Of a stretch of DNA of 64,000 nt, positions 23,990 to 34,000 are shown in pieces (positions within the stretch are counted from its first letter, which is position 1; the number at the start of each line of letters is the position of its first letter). The notes beneath the pieces are model-generated. The model saw only the letters and a program-made list of their open reading frames with translations, was not told where the DNA came from and searched no databases. Position numbers and translations under genes: made by a program. The DNA comes from Takakia lepidozioides (Eukaryota > Plantae > Bryophyta): contig CM060734.1 in the NCBI GenBank assembly GCA_030704615.1, positions 2,790,001-2,854,000 of the forward strand, written 5' to 3'.

Positions 23990-24760
23990 GGAAAATGGCG
24001 CCGAATTTCCAGTCAGGGCTCCGAAAATGGCTAAGTCCCTAGATTGGCTGGCCCTGAACTGGAAATTCGGCGCCATTTTCCAGTTCTAGGCCCTATTGCC
24101 GTTCAGGGACTTGGCCATTTTCGGGCTAAGTCCCTAGACTGGCTGGCCCGGAACTGGAAATTCGGCGCCATTTTCCAGTTCCAAGCCCTATTGCCGTTCA
24201 GGGACTTGGCCATTTTCGGGCTAAGTCCCTAGACTGGCTCGCCCCGAAGTGGAAATTCGGCGCCATTTTCCAGTTCTAGGCCCTATTGCCGTTCAGGGAC
24301 TTAGCCATTTTCGGGCTAAGTCCCTAGGGTGGCTGGCCCGAACTGGAAATTCGGCGCCATTTTCCAGTTCTAGGCCCTATTGCCGTTCAGGGACGTAGCC
24401 ATTTTCGGGCTAAGTCCCTAGGGTGGCTGGCCCTGAACTGGAAATTCGGCGCCATTTTCCAGTTCTAGGCCCTATTGCCGTTCAGGGACTTAGCCATTTT
24501 CGGGCTAAGTCCCTAGGGTGGCTGGCCCTGAACTGGAAATTCGGCACCATTTTTCCAGTTCTAGGCCCTATTGCGGTTCTGGGACTTAGCCATCTTCAGG
24601 CCAAACCGGGAAAAATGGCGCCGAATTTCCAGTTCAGGGCTCCCAAGATGGCTAAGTCCCTGGGGTGGCATTCACCGAAAACCAAAATTCGGCGCCATTT
24701 TTCCATTTCTAGGCCCACTCACATCTGCCCCAACCTGGGAAAATGGTGCCGAATATGCAT
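23990..24760. repeat. Intronic tandem array, 94-95-bp unit x6, plus inverted partial units
   Basis: GGAAATTCGGC(G/A)CCATTTT at 24061, 24156, 24251, 24345, 24440, 24535; units carry a GGGACTTAGCC-ATTTTCG-GGCTAAGTCCC-type hairpin; lies within intron 23922-24794. Confidence 0.92.
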
Positions 24761-27376
24761 TTCAGGGACCTCATTGTGTTTTTCATGAATGCAGGTACTG
24801 CAAATTCTCCCTTTTGGAGAAAGGTCATCTGTCTTTCGAGCCACCATTCTTCCTGGGATGGAGGAACCCTGGGGCTGACTCCATGTACACTGACGATATT
24901 GTGAAGGAGTGGCATCTGGAACATTTGCGTGATTGCCCTTGGTATGTGGACCTTCCGCCCGGCTCGCTCGACCCATCCGAGTTTCAATTGAAGCTGGATG
25001 CTGAATTCCGACGAAACCGGGCTCCGCTGCCTCCGTTGGGTGCAAAAGAGGCAAAAGCGCTTGCGAACTCCAGGAAAGCGGCAGAGCTTGCTCAGGCAGG
25101 AATTCAGGAGAAATTGCATGAGAAGAGTAAAGGCCAAAGGAAAAGGACAAGGAAACAGGTGAGTGCAGTAACACCCAAAAAGAAAAAAACCATTGGGGCA
25201 TCGGAGGAGGCGCAGGAGGGGACCCAAGAGAGTGACTCGGATGACGGCTTTGTTCAAGGTCCTGCGACTGCTGTTGCTCCTACCCAGTCACCGGTCGTCC
25301 GGGTTCCCAAGTCAGTTCGGAGTGGGACTGGCTCTGCCAAGAAGTTGGCATTTGAGGGCGAGCCTACAGGGCGGTATTCGGCGGTGACGTTTACGCACAG
25401 GCCAAAGCTAGAACCTCCAACCATCATCCAATGTGTCAATGAGAGCTTCCTTGACGCTCTCGCTGCCAGGGTGAAGAAGGTGGCACACAGCAAGTCTCTG
25501 GCGGAGCAGAAGGGGAAAGCCAAGAAGAGGGCTGGCGGTACAGAGCCTAAAGACACCCCTGGTTTTGAAGCCATGATGGAATTCTTCACGGCTGTGAGCA
25601 CGAATTGCAAGAGCACTCGGGGGGGGGGGGGGGGGGGGTTGAGGTGGAGAGAGCTTGCGACATGATTCTCCTCGACATTCCAGATGGGGAGCTGCTGGAG
25701 GGCCTGGATGGTGTGCCCACCTGGAACAGGTTTATTGAGGACTACTGGAAAGCCGGGTTTGGGCTGGCGGGGATGCTTCTGGATGACGGTGGATGTGTGG
25801 TTGTCATTGCCACGAGAGGGAAGACCACAGAGAATGCGGTGGCAAGGTGGACACTGAAAAGTGTCACCCCGGTCCTCCTCAGAAAATGGTTTTGCATCAG
25901 TACACAGGGGTTGCGAACAGAGGGCCAAAGTGTAAGTTATCAATCTATTGCATTCACTCCATATTGTGGTGTATGTTAAGTAGACCTTGGAGTTGATCCC
26001 TTCTTTGTTGGATGTGCAGACATTGGTGTTTGAGGCATATTGCTTTGTGAAGAGAGGGTCTACGTTCAAATTCCGCAACGACGGTCGTCTTGTTGATGCC
26101 GCTGTGGACCCTGTAACCTACGATGTCCTCTACAACTATGTGCCCCACTCCAGTATGCCGAAGGACACAAAGACAAGCAAACCGTGGCGGTACAGCCGGA
26201 CCCCGGTGCCCTGCTTTCATCCAAACCCTCATGGAGACGTGCTCGGATGTCCAAGGGCGGATTCTGGACCTCACATGCGGCACGTGTAAGCCTTCACGTG
26301 CTCAGTTTGTCCCCTGGCCCGATTGCAATTGCATGCCGCAAGCTATTAACCGCCCGCTTTGTTCCTCAGGTGCTTCAATGTGGGCAGGGACGTTGTCCGA
26401 CAGGCATGTGTTCGCCTTCGAGCCAGATACTGCCCTCCACAACTCGGAACTTGCAACGGCTGAACGTCTGCCGAAAGAGGAAGAGGCATCCTCGGAGGAT
26501 GAGGAAAAATCCGAGAAGGAGCAGGGGGAGGAAGTTGGGATCGAGGCCGAGGAGCCCCCGGTTTACGAGTGAGTGGTGGCATTGTAAGTTGCCTCCAGAT
26601 TTTGTGAGGCACCTCCCTCCGCTCTCTTATTTCATTGAAAACCCTTTCTGGTTGTGCTGGTATTGACATTCTTGAAGTGGATTTGTTCTTACTGTAGGAT
26701 GCCAAGTACTGCCGGAGGGACGTCTATACCAGAGTTCATGGGCAGGAGGAACGTGCCTTTTTTTGCCAGGGGGGATTTCATGCCTAGTCCAAAAAGGGAG
26801 TACATCCTTCCTACTTATGCTGCCCGGCTTGCTTCGGTGTCCATTAGGAGGTGTTCCGAACCTAGTCGTGTACAACAGATTTTAGACGAGGCAAGCCTCA
26901 AGAAAATGAAGATGAGGGAGGAGGCAGTAGCTATTAGAGCCCGTCAGGCTCGTAGATTTGTCTTGGATTCTGCTGAGGAAAGTGGGGGAGAAGACGCAGA
27001 AGATTCCCAGGAGGTGAGGTGGACAGTCCCCCAAGGAGAGGACGGGATTTTTGAGAGGCATAGTGGAACTGATGCATCACAGAGCTCGGAGGATGAGGGG
27101 GATGAGGGGGATGAGGAAGAAGGTGGGGCAAGTTCCTCGGAGGGTGTAGGAGAGTAGTGCCCATTCTGGCTATGACAGTTAGAACACACTTGTATAGACG
27201 TGGCTTGCCACAAAATTTGCAATAAAATGTTGCATTTCAAGTCCACTGGTGCCACATTCCAACTTCACATGACCCTATTTCCGTGCCTCCTAACCCTATT
27301 TCCGTGGACTCACAATGGTCTGCTCATGCTTTTTTTTTTTCGCTCATGCTCATGCCGCTCATGAAATAGTAGCCCC

Positions 27377-28000
27377 CCATTGGAAGACGTGGGAGGGTTG
27401 AGCTCAAACAAGATGTCCCCATCAAACTCTGCTGGACTCCCAATAAACAAAACGCAGCTCGCTCTTGCACCCAGGCACCCCTGCGAGGGCTTTCAATTTT
27501 GGAATGACACTCGTTATCTCTTGCAATTTGTCATCATCCAAGAATGGAGTCTGCACTGGCAGAGGAATCTCAAAAACATCCTCCGAGGACGAGTCTGAAA
27601 GAGTCACGAATGTAGTGGATGTGCTCACCTCTTGTTTCACATGAACTGTGTCATTTTGCTGCACGACCGATGCTGCAGTTCCAGGGGTGATGACTGATCC
27701 TGCTGATTGTCTTCTCTCTTTTCAAAGGACACGGTATGTGCCTGGAAGGACTCTCCACTTCCTTCCACACTCGCCAACCAATGGTTTCTCCAAGTGTCCA
27801 GAATCCAAATTCCCATCCTCGTCACACACCTCTTTTTGAACAAGCAGAGAACCCAATTCCAGTGGGAACACTGTAACCAGCTCATCCTCATGAACAACTG
27901 CAAACCCATCGTCGTCTGCAGTGGCAGTCAGTGGAAGACTACCTGCATTGGAATGAAATCAGACGAGTCTATCTCGCTCCCTCGACATGTTTTCCTACGC
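27377..28000 (-). pseudogene. Outer MULE transposase, 5' part, separated by the inner insertion
   Basis: PAEFDGDILFELNPPTSSNG joins LAGLLQGMDKKHDRHPWC across the direct repeat and matches inner PADVDGHIFFEFPP..GMLTDMDRKHDGHPWC; upstream GRKWRVLP matches inner GREWRVPP. 5' limit approximate. Confidence 0.8.
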
Positions 28001-28809
28001 TGACCGAAAGTTGCGATTCACAACGGAATCCCCGAACTGATAGCCCGTAATTCTCGAAAGGGGATCCACCACAAACAAATTGAGGTCAACAAGGGTAGCA
28101 CTAAACCAAAGGCTGCGGGCGATGCATCAAAAGGATGTAGGAATGACATGCACTGAACTTCGCAGACAACCACGCTGAGAGACACCAACCAGAAAAACTG
28201 TTTTCAAAGACAAGAAGCCACAAGAAGCCGTGCTGTTTTTGGATGAAAAACAAACCCTGAACATGACATGAAATTATTCATTATAGAAAGACGGCAACAA
28301 CCCTGGAGAGCAGTAAACAGGAAGACCCCGAATGTAATGAGGTTGTGCTGTGCCAGAAGAGCACAACACAAACACTGACACTCCAAGAGTCACCTCGCAC
28401 GGATGTGTGCAACACAAGATCATTTCCGATACAACCCTTTATACCAAATGACCCCATGGCGACGATGATGGAAAAATGCAAACCACAGGGTAGGCAGTAT
28501 GACACATGTGGATGCATATGTGAAGCATAACATTTATGGCGAATCTGCAAGAACTGCTCGAAATTGAACTAGCATTAGATTTCTACGACACTTTCGAATT
28601 TGAAAGAATGCAAGAAGGCCGCCATGTATTGGCAGGCGGCGAAGTACATCTGACATATATCACAAGTACATGCAACGGATGTACATATTTTCTAGCACTT
28701 TATTTCTTGGATAATACAAAGACGCCGAAATGGATGAATTCCGTTCACACACAATAACAACACCCGCATCCAAATACGGTTGACAATGTCCAATTTTGAT
28801 TTTGGTTAC

Positions 28810-29261
28810 ATGCCATAGCAACCCTTGTTGCAAACGTCAAACTGGAGAGCTCTAGAGGCATTGTGGGGAGCCCTTGTTTCCAGCGGAGGAGGAAGAGAAG
28901 GAAGTCATTATACTTCACGAGCTCTAGAAACAAGAATAGAGCCAGATATAGAATGAGGATGGAAAGAGTGGACGAAGAGGGAAAGGTGGAAGAAGAGGGC
29001 AAAGAGGAAAGTATGGCGATGGAAGAGCAGGAATCCGGAGAAGAACAGCAGTCTGCCATAGTTCCAAGAACAGGTGAGGACGACACTGCATCCGAGGGAG
29101 AGACAGACGCCAAAGATGATGTTGATGCTAGCCTCACGAAGAACCTCATAGTGGAAGAGAGGATGGGGGATATGCTCCAGAACATGCGATGTGTGGAGAG
29201 CAGTCTGAAGTGCAAAGGGTCCCCGGTGATTGGGGAGTCTTCTGGAGCAGCCCAAAAAAAG
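28810..29261 (+). pseudogene. Basic-then-acidic low-complexity segment, possibly an N-terminal exon of the outer cargo gene
   Basis: ORF 28863-29300 (RRRKRRK, then E-rich); candidate donor AAG|GTACAA at 29261/29262; position parallels the inner gene's N-terminus. Confidence 0.35.
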
Positions 29262-29386
29262 GTACAATCTTTGAAAACCACCTTTGTGCTTCATTGCTGA
29301 TGTGAACCCCAGTTGAGATTGTAATTCGATATGAACATAGTCTACACACGGCATCTCTGCCAGGTTGCATCAACCGCGAACAAGAA

Positions 29387-30045
29387 GCTCAAACAGTGTG
29401 CGTTGACGCACACTGTTTGAGCCTTCCATTTTGCTTGCTTGTTGATGTGCGAAACGGCCAAATTGGGGAACTAGGGCAGGTTCAATCCACCACAAATTGG
29501 AAGCTCAAACAGTGTGCGTTGACGCACACTGTTTGAGCCCCCCATTTTACTTGGTTGTTGGTGTGCAAAACGGCCAGATAGGGCCACTATGCCCGGTTCA
29601 ATCCTCCACTATTTGGAAGCTCAAACAGTGTGCGTTGACGCACACTATTTGAGCCCCCCTTATCATTGTTCTTCTCACAAAAAAATTACCCAGCCAAGGT
29701 ATCTCTTTGAGGTTCAATCATCAATTTCCTGGTAGTTCCAGCAGTGTGCGTCAATGCACACTGTTTGAGCTCACCTTGTCATTGTTTTTTTCGTTTCAAA
29801 ATCGGCCACACAAGGCGTGTCTCTGAGGATCAATGAACACTTACCTGATAGCTCAAACAGTGTACGTTGGCACACACTATTTGAGCCCACCTTCTCATTG
29901 ATTTTTCATCTGAAAAACGGCCACAAACGGCATGTATTTGAGGATCAATCATCACTTATCTGGCAGCTCAAACAGTGTGCGTCAATGCACACTGTTTGAG
30001 CTCACCTTGTCATTGGCTTTGTCATCTGAAAATCGGCCACATAAG
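29387..30045. repeat. Six 36-bp palindromes at 115-116-bp period with more divergent ~80-bp linkers
   Basis: GCTCAAACAGTGTGCGT-TG-ACGCACACTGTTTGAGC or variants at 29387, 29503, 29619, 29735, 29851, 29966. Confidence 0.92.
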
Positions 30046-30340
30046 GTCATTGCCTCTGGAATCCTTTGTAGAAACATAAAAGACAACGGATCCATCCAAA
30101 TACCCATTAACAAACTCGGCCTCTAGCTTCAGGATGTCCTTGATGAGGGGTGGACGAACGACGGGCATGGAAACCAACCTACACAGGGGAATCTTCAACC
30201 TCCCACCCAGGGCAAGCATACTTTGCACCACAAGCTGAGAGTTTACCTTCTGACCCCCCAACATCTCAGGGGCTTTGCTTTCATAGAACTCATCGTCAAC
30301 ATCAACAATGATCTCCTTCCCCTTCCCCTTCCTCTCTCAA
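30045..30340 (-). pseudogene. Inverted N-terminal piece of the outer ParB-domain gene
   Basis: LKIPLCRLVSMPVVRPPL..GYLDGSVVFYVS on minus matches inner LQIPLCRLVSLQVVRPAL..GYRMGSAAFYVS on plus. Confidence 0.8.
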
Positions 30341-31036
30341 GGAAACCTTCCACCCAAGCATTCTCAGGGAAGATGTTTCACGTTTGGGATGGCAACCACC
30401 GGTTGCTTGCATGGATGGCTGTCATTGGGAGGTTGCACTCACAGGAGGAAGAGTGGCATTACTCTGGTCGATCGATGGTGCTGGATTGTGACGGGAACAT
30501 GATGGGTCTTCTGAAGGCAATGAATGATGTGAACAGGTTGGTTTCTCATTCTACATGTTCCACTTGTGGTTCCGTGGTTCTTTGTTTCAAGTCCTTGAAT
30601 TTCATTCTGACTTTCAGATATCATTCTGCAGAGGGACGGAGACATCGCATGTCAAAACAAGTCTGGTTCACACACTGTATAGGATACAAAGGATCGGGTA
30701 GATGCCCTTGACCAACTTCAAGACCATCCTTTCAGCAGAGACGTACAAGAAGTGCGAAAGCTCCAAGACATCAGAAACGTGGTACTTGTTGACCCGTGAG
30801 GCTTTCATGGAGTACATGTACACAATGAGATACATCTTCCTTCATCTGGCCTTTCCATATCCTGCTTCCACATGTTTGTTTCTGTTTGTTTCCCTTGACC
30901 TTGGGTTGATGCAACTCTCGTGCATTCCCTTGCAGCAAGACATTGCAGATGCAGGGGAGCGTGGCAAACTGGAATACTACAGCTCAACCCCTGAGGAGAG
31001 AAGGACAGCAAAGGGGGTTGAGAGTCACATCCAGAA

Positions 31037-34000
31037 TGCCGCGCACCTCACTTCGGTAAGCTCCCCTTCAAGTCATAGTTACTCGCTTTGATGCGCGCGC
31101 CTGACTCCCAACCTAGCCGCCCGGGCCAACTTGGAGCTTCGGCTGCTCACCGGGACATAACGGTCCCCCTTCGTTTCCCACTAAACCCTCCACCTATTTG
31201 GGACTAGGAGAATTCCCTTTGGTACATGGCAGTCCGGAACAGCTCCCCACTCTTTGGTCGCTTTCCGGCTCGCTCGCTTACTCACTAGATTTTGGTCACC
31301 AACGGGCTTGCACCGTTCTCGGGGTCACTACTCCCCTTATATATACTTCTGTAGCTGTCCGCGGGGGTTTCACAACCAGCCATGCCATTTTATGGCGAAC
31401 CACCACGAAAACCCTCGACTCCCGGTGGTGAGTCGCGGTGAGTCTTGGCCCACTCACCACGGCCCTATGGATCGTGATGAGTTCCAAGACTCCCCACGAC
31501 TCCCACCACGAGGTCTCCGCCCCGCCCCCATGGTGAGTCCTATGCCACCCCCACTAAGTCCCGCTAAGCTACCACCACCCCTTGTGGAGCCACCCCCACC
31601 GCAACCCGGTGTGCGGGGCTCCACCTAGTGAGCGCCTCCGCCTCCTTGAGTGCCTTGGGCACTCAAGGGTGCTTCAGCCCCCCATACCTATCGCTGCCGC
31701 TGCCCCCACCACAGGGGCAGCCCCTCATGTGTCCCGACCCCCTGCCCTCAAGGCAAAGGGCCGCGACACACACCCCTACCAACAGGGAGTCGATGTCCTC
31801 ATCGACTTGTCCATTTTGTAGAAACGAACATCCAAGTTGTGGCGTCCCACATCAAGGAGTTTGTTTCCGCACCATGGCGTCCCATGGCAAAGAACCAAAC
31901 CCCACACTTGACTCTACTCTCCACTAGCTAGTTCGGCCGACTTCCTCCAAGTCCCGGCCAAGGGTGGAGCCTCTCCAGCTCCTCCCAGTGCACTCTTCTT
32001 GGCCTACTTCAAGGCCAAGGAACGATCCTCCCGAGGATTGAATCGCCTTACTGCAACAACATTGCTTGCGATCGCTCATGATGCCGCTTTTGGCATCACC
32101 TTGAGCAAGGGTTCCCTGGAACCCTCTTTGACTAGGAAGATAACCTTGAACCAATCGTGCGCCCCAATCACTACAATTGGGTCCGCCTTGGAATGCTAGC
32201 TTGAGGTACGGGAACACGCCGAAGCCGCACTACGACTTCGTCCCGAGGCTACACGATTATAGTACGTGAACGGAAGCACGTAGCTTCCGCGTTAGCCCGC
32301 ACTACAAGGCAACCCCCTCGGTAGCGCAGTTATAGTACGCGCACGCGCCAGGTGCGCACTAGCACGTGAACTCCCAAAGAAGGCGCAAGTTTCCTTGCCC
32401 CTCGGATGGGGTCACCCGATTTTGGCACTACGCAAACACACGATTAACCCAATTTACCTCTCCCACTCTTATAAGCTAGCATGCATTCTACACTACTACT
32501 AGCCAACCATACCATGCATCACCATTCCAAACAAAAATAGGACGCACAACATTTGGAATCCATTTCATTTATAGCACGTTTGTACAATACAAGTTTTTGC
32601 AATCGGATCCCTAAGCTAGCTAAGCCGGGCTAAGCATGCATTTCCTCCCCCACGCTCCAAGGTTGATGTCCCATCAACGCTTCTTCCGCTTTGAGGTCGC
32701 CCTTCGAAAGCTGCAACCCACCCCTCGGATGCGTTTCCCATTTCTAAGGCACGCACCCAAGATGCCTCCACATGATGATAGCCCTTCCATTTGACGAGAT
32801 ACTCCGTTTCTCGTTTCTCGTTCTTGACCTCCTCGACTTAAGTATTGCCTCCACCTCGTACTCAGGTTCATTTTCATGATCCAACAACATAGGTGGCGGA
32901 CGCAACACTTGATGCCGATTCGGACGCGCTTCATCTTTGAAGTAAGGCTTCAAAAAGGAGACATGGAATACAGGGTGCACCTTGCTGTTTGCCGGCAGCT
33001 CCAATTCATACACATCCTCATTCATAACCTTCCGAATGCGAAAGGGTCCCGCATACGGAGGTTTCGTAAATTCCTTGATGTTCAACCCGGACCTCTGTGC
33101 CTACCTCAAACATTCACTACTTCCCTCCGCTTCCGATTCTCCTGCCTTTCATACTGTTTCCTAGCTTTGGCAATATGTACTTTGCGAGCTTCAACAACCT
33201 CGCGTTCTTCCAGTACCGCCGCTTTTACTGCCGTTTCCCTTCCTCAACGTCCTGGGCGGCCCAACTTGGTCGGCACCAGAGGTGCTTTTCCATAGACCAA
33301 TAACGAAAGGGGAAACTCCCATGCGGAGTGTTCTGTGTTATTATAACAGAACTCTGTCGCGTCAAGTGTTCTACCCAGTCTGTTTGGTCTGCCGACACGT
33401 AATTCCGCAAGATCTGCTTCATTACGGAATTCACTCTTTCTGTTTGGTTTGGCCGTCGGTCGTAGGTCGGAAGGCGGTGCTCATCTTCAGCCTCGTCCCC
33501 ATCTTCTTCCAAAGTGCCCTCCAAAATTTACTCGAAAACTTTGGATCGCGGTCCGAGACAATATCCTTCGGGACTCCATGATGCTTTAAGACGTGGGCGA
33601 AGTAAAGTCGCCCTGTTCCCTGCGCCGTTGCCGTCTCCTTGGTGGGGATGAAATGGCCCATTTTACTGAACCTATCCACCACCACCATGATTGCATCGAA
33701 TCCTTTTGACAGAGCGGCATAGCAGTCATGAAATCCATCGAGACGCTTTTCCAAGTCCTCTTTGAAATCGGCAAGGGTTGTAATCAGCCCCCGCTTGCTT
33801 TTGTACTCGCTCCGGTTTTGTTGGCATTGTGCATGTCTTGACATACTCCTCTGCCTCCTCCCTCAATTTGGGCCAGAAATACTCTTTCTCAAGAGTGCCG
33901 CAGTGCGCTTGGCTCCTCCGCGTGGCCCGCAAGCGGGCTATCATGGCATTCTCTCAAGAGGCTGTCTCTAATCCCTCCCTTCGGCACGTAGAGACGCTTT

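Larger units (their letters stand above)
20651..27157 (+). pseudogene. Inner cargo gene, ~1500 aa, 10 predicted exons: low-complexity N-terminus, ParB/Srx-fold domain, helical region, beta-class amino-DNA-methyltransferase-like domain, acidic tail
   Basis: Phase-consistent exons 20651-20872 (GC donor, tentative), 21231-22660, 22779-22968, 23116-23400, 23486-23611, 23707-23921, 24795-25931, 26020-26285, 26370-26568, 26698-27157. DGNHRLLA at 22506; CDMILLDIPDG with D at 25674 (motif IV-like); ILDLTCGT at 26261 then VFAFEPD (motif I/II-like). In-frame TAG at 21633 and 21975; frameshifts at the poly-G near 25620 and near 26200. Confidence 0.75.
13949..27376. mobile_element. Inner giant MULE element (13.4 kb), structurally complete
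   Basis: Direct repeat CCATTGGAAGA at 13938-13948 and 27377-27387; TIRs CTATTTCATGAGC(ATGAGCGGC/GGCATGAGC)ATGAGCG; removing the element restores the host transposase frame. Confidence 0.92.

Noticed and set aside
25619-25638. Programmed frameshift or phase variation at the poly-G just before the MTase domain
   Set aside because: Long G homopolymers also occur near 1554-1573 and 40452-40468 and are error-prone; cannot be supported without reads.
20651-27157. Bacterial or phage contamination, or a recent horizontal insert
   Set aside because: Spliceosomal introns shared between two paralogues, and embedding in TSD-flanked plant transposons.
29387-30045. CRISPR array
   Set aside because: Linkers are ~80 bp and homologous to each other, there are no cas genes, and the context is a eukaryotic transposon.
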